Of a stretch of 32,000 bases of DNA, positions 1-8,691 are shown piece after piece. Under the pieces are notes generated by a model, which worked only from the letters and a program-made list of their open reading frames with translations, was not told the origin of the DNA and searched no databases. Each line of letters begins with the position of its first letter. Position 1 is the stretch's first letter. Origin of the DNA: Chlamydiales bacterium (GTDB taxonomy: Bacteria; Chlamydiota; Chlamydiia; Chlamydiales; SM23-39). The translations under genes were made by a program, and so were the position numbers. The stretch spans positions 270,001 to 302,000 of the forward strand of contig OZ253438.1 in assembly GCA_965261025.1 (NCBI GenBank). The letters are read 5' to 3'.

Positions 1-1
1 A

Positions 2-184
2 GAAGCTTTCAAAAATGGGTTAATTCAAGACGGAGAAGTCTGGATGGAGATGATTCAGAGCCGAAATCGAACATCCCATACTTACAATCAGGAAATTGCA
101 CAACAAATTTCTCAGAGAGTTATTGAATTTTATTACCCCGCATTTGAGTTATTCGTTAAAAAAATGGAAGAGATAAAAGAGTGA
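2..184 (+). CDS. HEPN-domain protein of the HI0074 'nucleotidyltransferase substrate-binding' type. Only the 3' end is present; the 5' end lies outside the window.
   Basis: Frame-2 ORF is open from the window edge to TGA 182-184. The translation ...MIQSRNRTSHTYNQEIA... contains an Rx4H HEPN motif. It overlaps the next gene by 4 nt (GTGA). Confidence 0.7.
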   Translation, partial: EAFKNGLIQDGEVWMEMIQSRNRTSHTYNQEIAQQISQRVIEFYYPAFELFVKKMEEIKE

Positions 185-510
185 ATCAACCTGAAGCCAA
201 GTTCGGTCTTAAAGCTACTGAAATAAGCGCAGTTCATGGCGTTTTCAAACTGTTTCCTGATTTGAAAAAGGTTAGTATTTATGGTTCTCGAGCAAAAGGA
301 AATTATAGACCTGGATCTGATATAGATTTAACTCTACATGGTAAAAACCTGGCCTATCAGGATCTCGTAGCTATTGAAAATGCCCTAGACGAGCTATCTT
401 TACCCTATACAGTAGATCTTTCAATTTATCATCTTCTTGATAATCCAGATTTAATTGATCATATCAAGCGTGTTGGTATTGAATTTTATCAACAAGCCAA
501 AGATTGTTAA
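181..510 (+). CDS. Minimal nucleotidyltransferase (MNT/MntA-like), partner of the upstream HEPN protein
   Basis: 109-aa ORF with the GS-x(n)-DxD signature 'YGSRAKGNYRPGSDIDL'. Translationally coupled to the HEPN ORF. Confidence 0.85.
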   Translation: MNQPEAKFGLKATEISAVHGVFKLFPDLKKVSIYGSRAKGNYRPGSDIDLTLHGKNLAYQDLVAIENALDELSLPYTVDLSIYHLLDNPDLIDHIKRVGIEFYQQAKDC

Positions 511-725
511 GAGGTTGATATCAGCCCCAATATGGTCAAGATGAACCGGTAGTGACCTTGCCCCATTTTTAGGCCCAACCCTTTGTTAAGAGTGCTTAGT
601 TGGATGGTCCTCTTGAGTAATAAGCCAGGGCGTTTTCCCTTTTTTGGAGAAGTTTGGTCTCGCTAAATTATAAAAATGTCTGTAGCTTTCCGCCTTCCTT
701 AAAAAATCTTCCCTACAGCTAAATT

Positions 726-1040
726 GTGTCAGATTATAAAATTCTTCTTCATTCACATGCTGAGCGCATTTGGTACTCTGAGCAAATCATCAAAAATGGT
801 TGGTCTCGAACTGTATTAGTGATGAGAATAGAGCCCAAGTTACACAAGAGAAAAGGAAAAGCAGTCAATAATTTTGCACTAACGCTTCCAGAGCCTTATT
901 CAGACTTGGTCAAGGCAAAGACCCTAAAATTAAGCTATGCCTGGATGCAGTCTAAAGAATTTCGATCTAGGGTCTTGTGTGGTCTTTTATGTTCCTTTTT
1001 TGCTGCTAATTGGTCCACAGGCGGTCCCTACATAGAGTAA
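726..1040 (+). pseudogene. Fragment of a DUF1016/YhcG-type PD-(D/E)xK nuclease gene
   Basis: 'WYSEQIIKNGWSRTVLVMRIEPKLHKRKGKAVNNFALTLPEPYSDL' matches the middle of YhcG-like proteins. The N-terminal region and the nuclease core are missing, and the tail is unrelated sequence. Confidence 0.5.
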
Positions 1041-1101
1041 AAAACCAATACCTTTTTTAAGGATTTGATATAAACTGCATTAAAAACCAGATGAGTTTCA
1101 A

Positions 1102-2322
1102 ATGGATTTTCAATCTGAGAAAAAACGAATTGCTATTGTTTTGTTCATGATGGTGACTCTCGGTCAATTTGGTGTTGATTTATACCTGCCATCGATGCCG
1201 CATATTGCTACAGACCTACACAGTTCTATATCATCAATAAAGTTAACGATTCCTCTTTATTTATTAGGTTTTGGGCTTTCTCAACTTTTTTATGGTCCTA
1301 TATCTGACGCTACCGGCAGAAAACCGACTTTACATTTTGGGTTAGTTTTATTTTTAATCAGTTCTTTAGGAGTGTTATTTTCAACCAATTCATTAATGCT
1401 TATCGTTTTTCGTACTTTTCAAGGGTTGGGAATAGGAGCTGCAATTGTTAACGTAAGAGCTGTGATGCGGGATACTTTTCATGGTAAACAGATGGCCAAA
1501 GTCTCAGCCTGGATTGTTATGATTTGGTCTGTGACACCGATTGTGGCGCCTGTCCTCGGAGGGTATATCCAGAGCCATTTAGGGTGGAGAGCTAACTTTT
1601 CCGCAATGTTTTTCTACGCAGCATTAGTATGGTTATTTATTTTTCTTTTGCTTCCAGAAACTTTGGACAAAAATCACAGAAAGCCTTTTCACGTATCTGG
1701 TATGTTAAAAACGTATAAAAAAATATTTACCGACAAAGTTTTTTTATCGTTTAGCGTGATATCAGCATTATGTTACGGATATTTTATCAGTTATGCAACT
1801 GCTAGTCCTTTTTTATTTCAAACTCAATTAGGACTAACTCCTGTGCAGTATGGTTGGGCCATTTTGGCTATAGCATGCGGTACAGCCATAGGTTCAATTG
1901 TTTGTTATAGAATTGTTTCTTATGTAAAAATTACTCAACTTATCTTGATTGGCAGCTGTTTAATGTTAATTTCATCATGTATTTTATTTTTTCTTTCTTT
2001 AGGAGGGATATTTAATGTGGTTTCTCTTTTGGTTCCTCCTCTTATTGCCACTTTGGGTGGGGGTATGGTATTTCCAAATTGTACAACAGGGGCTATGACT
2101 CATTATAAAAAGAATGCAGGTGTCGCTGGGGCATCTCTAGGCTTTGTTCAAATGTTTATCAGCTTTATCTTTAGTATGATTATCAGTAATTTGCCAACAA
2201 AGAATGCATTTCCCCTATCAATTGAGTTGTTAATTATATCAATTTTGATTTTCTTTTTATTTCGTTTCTATATACAACCTCATTTTCTAGAAGAATTGGA
2301 AGAAACTCCAGAACGCATATGA
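1102..2322 (+). CDS. MFS transporter, Bcr/CflA drug-exporter subfamily
   Basis: 406 aa with about 12 hydrophobic segments. N-terminal signature 'GQFGVDLYLPSMPHIATDL...GPISDATGRKP' is typical of Bcr/CflA. Confidence 0.85.
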   Translation: MDFQSEKKRIAIVLFMMVTLGQFGVDLYLPSMPHIATDLHSSISSIKLTIPLYLLGFGLSQLFYGPISDATGRKPTLHFGLVLFLISSLGVLFSTNSLMLIVFRTFQGLGIGAAIVNVRAVMRDTFHGKQMAKVSAWIVMIWSVTPIVAPVLGGYIQSHLGWRANFSAMFFYAALVWLFIFLLLPETLDKNHRKPFHVSGMLKTYKKIFTDKVFLSFSVISALCYGYFISYATASPFLFQTQLGLTPVQYGWAILAIACGTAIGSIVCYRIVSYVKITQLILIGSCLMLISSCILFFLSLGGIFNVVSLLVPPLIATLGGGMVFPNCTTGAMTHYKKNAGVAGASLGFVQMFISFIFSMIISNLPTKNAFPLSIELLIISILIFFLFRFYIQPHFLEELEETPERI

Positions 2323-2445
2323 AATTATAATTTTACTGAATTTTTTCAGATTTAATCAGGTGGATTACGAATAGGATGACTTCCATGAACCTATCCTAAT
2401 TAAAGTTTGAGTTTGATATAGTTTCCTTTTTTTAAGGAGGTAACT

Positions 2446-2720
2446 ATGAAAAAGCCCTTTACTTGTCTTTCTGATTCTCAGTGGTCTTTAATTCATCAGT
2501 CTATGAACTGGACGCCACAAGAAAAAACAGAATAAACACACAAGAGATTTACGATTCTCTTAGAGTAGCAAGAAGGAGATGGGTGGTAGAAAGAACATTT
2601 TCCTGGTTGAAACGAAAAGGTAGAAGATTATTAATGAGATGGGAGAGAAATCCTATCACCTGGAATTCTTTTGCTTTTTTGGGGCTTGTTCATATGTGGC
2701 TAGGGACTTTATTAGGATAG
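2446..2720 (+). mobile_element. IS5-family (IS427/IS1031-like) transposase remnant with an internal deletion
   Basis: An AAGGAGG RBS precedes ATG 2446. The N-terminus 'MKKPFTCLSDSQWSLI' stops after 29 codons. It is followed by the family's C-terminal 'RRWVVERTFSWLKRKGRRLLMRWERN' (ORF 2481-2720). The catalytic core is absent. Confidence 0.7.
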
Positions 2721-2734
2721 ATTCATAAACTGAG

Positions 2735-3639
2735 ATGGAGATTAATTTAGAAGCTTATCAAAAACACTTTGCTCTAGAGTCTGCAAAATTTGTTCGCATT
2801 GATCACGCCAATACAATTATTGCAGTAGTATATAAAGTTGTTACATCAGACAAAAATCATTTATTCTGAAGATATGTCCTCGAGAGAAGGATTATTTTCG
2901 AGAAGCTTATTTTCTCCGTCAGCTCAGTGGGTGCATCCCAGTGCCACAGGTTATTGCTGCTTTCGAACCCTCATACGACCATTTTGGTGCTATTTTAATG
3001 GAGTATCTGGAGGGAGAGCTTCTTAAAACTGAAGATTGGTCGCATGATTTGGCTTTTGAAATTGGTATTGTCTTAGCTCGTCTTCATAGTAATCAAACCG
3101 AGACATATGGAGAGGTATCCAAACATCAAACTTTAATTCAAAAACCCAATTTGTACTTTAATGAAAAATTTGAAGAAGAGCTTGGCGAATGCAAAGGACA
3201 TCTTCCAGAAAACGTTATTGAAAACTGTGCTTTATATCTTAAGGCTTGTCAAGGCCTTTTGGCAGAGGTTGATGGCCCTTGTTTAGTACACCGTGATTTT
3301 CGGCCAGGGAATATGGTCGTCAGGCATGGGAAGTTGCAAGGCATTCTTGATTGGTCTAGCGCCCGCTCGGGATTTGCTGAGCAAGACTTTTGTTCACTGG
3401 AACATTTTCAGTGGATGCCAGATGCGGGTTATAAGAAAGTCTTCCTGGACGGCTATTCTAGTATTCGTCCGGTTCCAAATTATCAAAGGATAATGCCGTT
3501 ACTTCAGCTAGGAAGATCGCTTGCAGTGATTGGATATGCTGTCAAAAGTGATACATGGAACAGTAGTAATGCAAGTTTGTATGCTCTCAATCGGAAGTTC
3601 TTAGATTCCTTTAATTTTTTTCCCAATTCATCCCAATAA
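2735..3639 (+). pseudogene. APH/choline-kinase-family phosphotransferase, frameshifted
   Basis: ATG 2735 reads '...AVVYKVVTSDKNHLF*' and stops at 2867-2869. The reading continues in the -1 frame as 'ILKICPREKDYFREAYFLRQLSG...'. The catalytic loop 'LVHRDFRPGNMVV' and 'ILDWSSA' are present downstream. Confidence 0.75.
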
Positions 3640-3770
3640 AATTCTTTAATAGCTCCAAAAAAGTGTTAAAAAACGAGTTTATCCTGACAAAGATTCTGAC
3701 ATAATGCCCTGTGTTGTTGTACTGAACTATGCCAGAATAAAATAGCTGCTATTAAGCAACTCAAGTGTAT

Positions 3771-3950
3771 GAGGCAACCTGGACTTGATACCGAAGGCTT
3801 GATAGGTTATGAGGGAGAAGGAATTCCAGTTCATCCAGTAAAGACCAACTCTTATCAAAAGTAGTATAAATGGCTTGTAGAATGATTACTACTGGTTATT
3901 ATGGGTCTTTGCTGGAAAAAGTTGTACTTAAGTGCACCATTTTTGCACCA
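3771..3950 (-). repeat. Degenerate copy of the tRNA(CAU) 3' half (anticodon loop to 3' end) plus a shared arm of about 130 bp (repeat R1)
   Basis: 'ggcaacctggacttga...ggttatgag' matches 10651-10690. The remainder aligns with 6960-7090, with scattered substitutions. Confidence 0.8.
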
Positions 3951-4034
3951 GATTTGAGGTGTTATAATTTTTTTTGCTTCTAAATTATTGTATGTGATTC
4001 AATTCTGAACCCCAAAAAATCTTAAGAAGTTCAT

Positions 4035-6170
4035 ATGCGAAAGATAAAGCTATGGGTTCCTCTTTTTATGGTAACTTTAATGCCTTTTTCTTTAGTGCAT
4101 TCAGAAGAGGTATTTTCTCCTATATGTATTTTTTCTAATCCAGAGTTTATAAAATGGAAAGCTCCTAACAATTACGATCAAATTCTAGAACTTTTAGATG
4201 AGATAGAGTCGGATGATTTTGAAAAAAAATATTCTCAAGAAGACTTAGAAAATATCACAGAATATCTCATCTTTTTATCTAGAGAAGGTTTATTGCCTGG
4301 AGAATTTGAAGAAGCCATTGAACTAGAAGAAGACATTCAGGAATTACTTCAGGATAAGGAGTTATATGAACCTACTGGTTTTTCTAAGAATCCTCAAGGA
4401 TATCTAGTTGAATCGGGAGTGTTTTTATTGAATTCTTCTTTTTCTATTACAAACTGTGGTTTTGCTAAGGGATGGAAGAAGACAAAAAAGTTCTGTAAGA
4501 AACACAAAAAGGCAATAATTATAGGGGCTGTTATCGTTGTTGCAGTGGCTGCTGTTACAGTAGCTGTGGTAGTCGCAACTTCGACAAGTGCTGCGTCAGC
4601 AGCGGGGGGTGCAACGGGAGCTGTTGGAGCTGCTGTTTCTGATTCTGGATCAACTAAATCTGAATCCAGTGGAAGACTTTCTTCTAATTCAAGCACCTCT
4701 CAAACATCTTCAAATACTGCTCCAACTTTCCAAGCGGTTATGGAAGATCAGGTCACTTCTTTCAAAGATCACCTCGCTGATGAGAGTTTTTTCTCATCCC
4801 CTGAGGCCGGTCGGGGGCTTTCAGTAGAAGAAACAGGCAGAGTTTCCGGGGTTCTTTTCGCACACGATAGCTTCAATTACTTTAACAGCCAAATTCCAAA
4901 CTATCCTCAGCTTTCTGAGGAGTTGCGTAGTATTAGTTCACACCCTAGCTTTACTTTGCCTCTTGGAGCGATTAATAATCCTGTAGGATTTGGACATCAT
5001 GAGATTGACTCGAAGTTTTCCAGCAACTGCGGGGCAACATTCTCAGATCCATCTAAAGAAGTAAACATTGACGCCCTTTCCTATCAGATACGAGGAGAGA
5101 CAGCGCGTTATTATGGATATTATGGTCAGGCAGTGAATGACTTTAGCAAAGCCATTAGCATGAATCCAACAGATCCTATGCCCTATCTACAAAGGAGCGT
5201 CTCTTATTTTGATATGGGTCAATATAATGAGTCTTTCGAAGATTTTCGGAAATTTACTACTCAAATTGAGAAGGTGCCAGAAAAGATCCCATTTTCGACT
5301 CCAGAATTTACTCTTGGATTTGCAAAAGGGCTTCCGAAAGGAATCTATGAATCCGGAAAAGGGGTTATGTTATTTCTTGGGGATTTGATTACCCATCCCA
5401 TTCATACTTCAACACAGATGTATGAAGCGCTTTCAACACTTGCTAGTTTGGCTCGTAACGATGAATGGGGTGTTATTGGTGAAGTATTATCTCCAGAAAT
5501 TCACCAATTGATTACCCAGTGGGATACTCTTCCTTCAGATGAAAGAGGAGAATTAGCTGGATATGCGTTTGGAAAACATGGAGCAGACATAGTAGTCCCT
5601 GGAGCCGCAGCCAAAATTGCAAGTAAGAGTGTAAAGAGTGCTAGAGAGCTAGTGACCATTTTAAAAAATCTCCAAATAGCTGAAGAAACAATTGTGCTCG
5701 AAACTGCTGCTGGAATTGGAAACACAGCTAGAGCAGGAGAAATCTTAAATGCTGGCAAAACAAGCGCATTTCTCGGAGAAGAACTCGGGTTCACTGCAAA
5801 GGAAATGGGACAACTGCAAAAGACTGGAAAATTGGAAGGCGCAATTAACAGTCTTTTGGATAGATTAGTCTCCCAATCAGAAAGCGAGGTATTCAAAGCT
5901 GCAATTAGCAAAGACAGCCATGTGAAGATGGTAAGAGACTATCTCTCAAAACCAGCTAAAGAGGTCCAAAAGGGAATCAAAAGCTATGAAAAACAAATAG
6001 CCCTTCACCAAGAAAAAATTGCAAACCCGTCAAAGTTCATCCCCCACTGGGATAAGCTACATCCGGAAAGACAGCAAGCTTTAATCAATAAAAAATGGCC
6101 AGCTGAGATACAATGCTATACTGAACAAAGAAATATCCTACAATCAATTCTAAATGAAAGGATTAAATAA
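4035..6170 (+). CDS. Polymorphic-toxin-like protein: signal peptide, acidic domain, TM helix, Ser-rich linker, conserved TPR-containing core, and a variable C-terminal module (5838-6167)
   Basis: 711-aa ORF. The N-terminus 'MRKIKLWVPLFMVTLMPFSLVHS' is signal-like. The TM helix is 'AIIIGAVIVVAVAAVTVAVVVA'. The core is near-identical to 8612-9789, and the C-terminal 110 aa are unrelated to the paralogue. Confidence 0.6.
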   Translation: MRKIKLWVPLFMVTLMPFSLVHSEEVFSPICIFSNPEFIKWKAPNNYDQILELLDEIESDDFEKKYSQEDLENITEYLIFLSREGLLPGEFEEAIELEEDIQELLQDKELYEPTGFSKNPQGYLVESGVFLLNSSFSITNCGFAKGWKKTKKFCKKHKKAIIIGAVIVVAVAAVTVAVVVATSTSAASAAGGATGAVGAAVSDSGSTKSESSGRLSSNSSTSQTSSNTAPTFQAVMEDQVTSFKDHLADESFFSSPEAGRGLSVEETGRVSGVLFAHDSFNYFNSQIPNYPQLSEELRSISSHPSFTLPLGAINNPVGFGHHEIDSKFSSNCGATFSDPSKEVNIDALSYQIRGETARYYGYYGQAVNDFSKAISMNPTDPMPYLQRSVSYFDMGQYNESFEDFRKFTTQIEKVPEKIPFSTPEFTLGFAKGLPKGIYESGKGVMLFLGDLITHPIHTSTQMYEALSTLASLARNDEWGVIGEVLSPEIHQLITQWDTLPSDERGELAGYAFGKHGADIVVPGAAAKIASKSVKSARELVTILKNLQIAEETIVLETAAGIGNTARAGEILNAGKTSAFLGEELGFTAKEMGQLQKTGKLEGAINSLLDRLVSQSESEVFKAAISKDSHVKMVRDYLSKPAKEVQKGIKSYEKQIALHQEKIANPSKFIPHWDKLHPERQQALINKKWPAEIQCYTEQRNILQSILNERIK

Positions 6171-6414
6171 AATTATGGAAGATGAGAAATATAAAAGTTA
6201 TATTATAGATTTAATATCCATAATTAAAAAACAAGCAAAAGAAGCGAAAATAGAAGCAGATCATCCAAAAGAGGCGTGTGAGAGCTTTAATAACGGCTAT
6301 CTTATGGCATATCACACAGTGATTGAATTTATGAAGAATCAAGCCGAAGTTTTCAATATCGACCAAGAAGATATTGGTTTGGCTGACATCGAACCAGAGC
6401 GTGATTTACTTTGA
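6154..6414 (+). CDS. Small acidic protein, putative cognate immunity or partner of the upstream C-terminal module
   Basis: 86-aa ORF overlapping the toxin stop; an alternative ATG lies at 6175. Its position and size fit an immunity gene. No homology was verified. Confidence 0.45.
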   Translation: MKGLNKIMEDEKYKSYIIDLISIIKKQAKEAKIEADHPKEACESFNNGYLMAYHTVIEFMKNQAEVFNIDQEDIGLADIEPERDLL

Positions 6415-6527
6415 TCTACCAAATATTAAAATTGTCCTAGCCAGAGCTTCACTTGACAAACGCTACTTATTTGTAATAGGCAAAACTTTATTTGACATTT
6501 TTAAGAAAACAACGGGAATAGCATTAA

Positions 6528-6572
6528 GGTTCAGATCAGCCGCCTCTCCGAGCGGCTGGGCTGATCTGAACC
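6528..6572. other. Strong GC-rich hairpin (14-bp perfect stem)
   Basis: ggttcagatcagcc (6528-6541) is the reverse complement of ggctgatctgaacc (6559-6572). There is no canonical U-tract on the + strand. Confidence 0.6.
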
Positions 6573-6815
6573 AATGCAAAAAAAATTCACTTTTGCCAAT
6601 TCTGCGTGGTGATCGAAAGTTGGTCTTTTTAGCTCCGTTGGGATTTTCAGATTCTTCTTTATGAACCCAATGTATTCGAAGAAGAGATAACAGGACTGAA
6701 CTGGTCGAAATCTTCGCCCAAATGTTTTTATAAACGGATCGTGTAAGTCGTCCCAATTTTGAGGAACCTCGATTAACGATCTCACCACAGAATTATCAAA
6801 ATAAACCAATTCCAT
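6531..6815 (-). CDS. Hypothetical protein, possibly a gene remnant
   Basis: 94-aa ORF with no recognisable motif. Its 3' end runs into the hairpin, and it overlaps another minus-strand ORF. Confidence 0.2.
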   Translation of the reverse strand: MELVYFDNSVVRSLIEVPQNWDDLHDPFIKTFGRRFRPVQSCYLFFEYIGFIKKNLKIPTELKRPTFDHHAELAKVNFFCIGSDQPSRSERRLI

Positions 6816-6900
6816 TACACGTTCCCTTGAGATCTTGCAACAATTTTTTAGACACTACAAATCTGAATAATTTAAAAATTATAATGACTGTTATCTAATG

Positions 6901-7090
6901 GCTTATAAAAATGGGGCAACCTGGACTTGATACCGAAGGCCCGACGGGTTATGAGGGAGAAAGAATTCTAGTTCATCCAGTAAAGACCAACTCTTATCAA
7001 CAACAGTATAAATACCTGTAGAATGATTGCTCCTGGTTATTATGGGGCTTTGCTGGCAAAAGTTGCACCTCAGTGCACCATTTTTGCACC
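6901..7090 (-). repeat. Degenerate copy of the tRNA(CAU) 3' half with 3' flank, plus a shared arm of about 130 bp (repeat R2)
   Basis: 'gcttataaaaatggggcaacctggacttga...cgacgggttatgag' matches 10638-10690. Identity stops exactly at the anticodon loop, and the T-stem is disrupted. Confidence 0.85.
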
Positions 7091-7191
7091 CAATTACGCT
7101 CCCATTAGACTGAGTATAGATAGATTTTTTAGAAAACATCTTGAATTACCAAATATATTTGGTAAAATAACGTTAGAGTAGGGGATGTCCA

Positions 7192-7380
7192 GTGCCGATT
7201 AGTGGAAAGGAACTAGCAAAGCTATTTAAAAAGCAAGGGTATGAGGAAATAAAAAAAGGCGGTAAAGGGTCTCACATAAAGCTTAGGAAGGGGAATAGAA
7301 CTATTATCATTCCAGGGCATAAAGAATTAAAGAAAGGTCTTGAATTGGCTTTAAGAAAGCAGTTAGAGGGAGAAAGGTAA
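7192..7380 (+). CDS. hicA: HicA mRNA-interferase toxin
   Basis: 62 aa. 'GKELAKLFKKQGYEEIKKGGKGSHIKLRKGNRTIIIPGHKELKKG' is the YcfA/HicA pattern. GTG start. Confidence 0.85.
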   Translation: MPISGKELAKLFKKQGYEEIKKGGKGSHIKLRKGNRTIIIPGHKELKKGLELALRKQLEGER

Positions 7381-7805
7381 TGAGATACCATTTTAAAATT
7401 CATAAAGAAAAAAATGGCTTCTGGGCTGAGTGCTTGGAGTTGCCTGGTTGTGTTACTCAGGGTAATTCAAAAGAAGAGCTAAACAAAAATATGCAAGAAG
7501 CTCTAAATCTTTATTTAGAAGAGGAAGAAGATATCGATTTTTTACCAGCTCTTCCTAAGAAATCTATCAAATTAGGTCGTAATATCAGAGAAGTCCCTGT
7601 CGATCCTTCTGTAGCTCTTGCTGTTTCTATTCGAAGAGAAAGAATACAAAAAGGACTTACTCAAAGAGAAGTGGCTAATCAGCTAGGAATGAAGGGGGTA
7701 TATAGTTATCAAAGACTTGAGAGAAGATGTAACCCTACTTTGGATTTGATTTATAAACTGGTTTTACTTTTTCCTGCTCTATCTTTAGATAAAGTTTTAC
7801 ATTGA
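7380..7805 (+). CDS. hicB: HicB antitoxin with a C-terminal XRE-type HTH
   Basis: 'YHFKIHKEKNGFWAECLELPGCVTQGNSKEE' is the HicB fold signature. 'LTQREVANQLGM' is the HTH. Its start overlaps the hicA stop. Confidence 0.85.
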   Translation: MRYHFKIHKEKNGFWAECLELPGCVTQGNSKEELNKNMQEALNLYLEEEEDIDFLPALPKKSIKLGRNIREVPVDPSVALAVSIRRERIQKGLTQREVANQLGMKGVYSYQRLERRCNPTLDLIYKLVLLFPALSLDKVLH

Positions 7806-7906
7806 TAATTCTAAAAAACTCTTTTCTCATCTTACATAGGTTTTTTTAAGCAAGGACTCTTTCTAGGAAGAACTCGTATTCTTCCAGAAAGATCTTTTTT
7901 AGTTTA

Positions 7907-8194
7907 TCAGAGTCTTTGCAAAGGATATCCCATCGAAGGGTAGAGAAGATCAAAGACACCTACATTTCCATTAGTATCTATGCTCATGCGAAATTCTTTG
8001 TGGGCATTGACTGTCGCCGCAAGAAGATAGATCATTGTTGGGTATAGTTTAACCTCTTTACCCTTAATTTCTTTCATCAAAGAGGTTAGGTCTAAATTAA
8101 CAGTCATGCTATATGTACAGGCAACTTGCTCAAGGTAATAATCAAAATACTCTTTACGATCCCAGGTAGAAATGTCTACTCGCTTAAAGGTCAT
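7907..8194 (-). pseudogene. cat: Type-A chloramphenicol acetyltransferase, N-terminal about 88 codons only
   Basis: 'VDISTWDRKEYFDYYLEQVACTYSMTVNLDLTSL...KLYPTMIYLLAATVNAHKEFRM' parallels the CAT N-terminus. The catalytic C-terminal half (HHAVCDG region) is absent. Confidence 0.8.
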
Positions 8195-8610
8195 GGAATT
8201 ACCTCATATTTTAGTTGTACTAATCCGCTCGGATACGATTGCGTAGAAATCAAGTGACATTTATGTTCTCGACTCATAACGCTAAATAGAGGGATGCCAG
8301 ATCCTAACACCATAGCAATAACAGATATAATGATTTCATCGACTAACCCCGCTTCTAAAAATCTAGAGACTGTAACACCCCCATCAATCCATATGTGCTT
8401 GATGTTTTCAGCGTGTAGTTTACTTAGTAGTTCTGTTAATTCCCCAGAAAATAGCTCGGCTTCTTTTCTGACTGTGTTCAAGGATTTACTAAGAACAATT
8501 ACTCTTTTATCTTTGTATGCCCAATCATCAAAACCAGCAACAACTTCATAGGTATTTTTACCCATAACCACCGCGTCGATACTGTTGGTAAATTTTTTGA
8601 ATCCGTTAAA
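8191..8610 (-). pseudogene. RibD_C/dihydrofolate-reductase-family gene, 5'-truncated
   Basis: 'FKKFTNSIDAVVMGKNTYE...IWIDGGVTVSRFLEAGLVDEIIISVIAMVLGSGIPLF' matches the RibD C-terminal-domain family. No start codon or N-terminal beta-strand remains. The reading frame runs into the toxin-paralogue junction. It overlaps cat by ATGA. Confidence 0.7.
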
Positions 8611-8691
8611 CCCGAATCCAGTGGAAGACTTTCTTCTAATTCAAGCACCTCTCAAACATCTTCAAATACTGCTCCTACTTTCCAAGCGGTT

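Noticed and set aside
2838-3026. 62-aa ORF in the third frame over the APH frameshift region, and ORF 3293-3493
   Set aside because: Both are alternative-frame artefacts inside the APH-family pseudogene, whose two real frames carry the family motifs.
4394-4696. 100-aa minus-strand ORF rich in Ala, Thr and Val, antisense to the toxin gene. Similar antisense ORFs lie at 5501-5911 and 9453-9710.
   Set aside because: These mirror the Ala/Gly/Ser-rich linker and the conserved core of the + strand genes. Their repetition in both copies follows simply from duplication of the sense gene. None has start-site context or recognisable motifs.
4588-4827. Out-of-frame + strand ORF, conserved as 8585-8779 in the paralogue
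   Set aside because: Its conservation is explained by the nucleotide identity of the duplicated toxin region. The translation is low-complexity Leu/Gln-rich and lies inside a well-supported frame.
6903-7139. 78-aa minus-strand ORF covering repeat R2
   Set aside because: It runs through tRNA-derived sequence, and its counterpart in R1 is not an intact ORF. It is better explained as an att-arm repeat than as a gene.
7907-8571. Possible functional chloramphenicol and antifolate resistance cassette
   Set aside because: The cat gene lacks its catalytic C-terminal half. The reductase-family gene lacks its N-terminus and belongs to the RibD_C family rather than to classical trimethoprim-resistance Dfr. 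Both are treated as pseudogenes.
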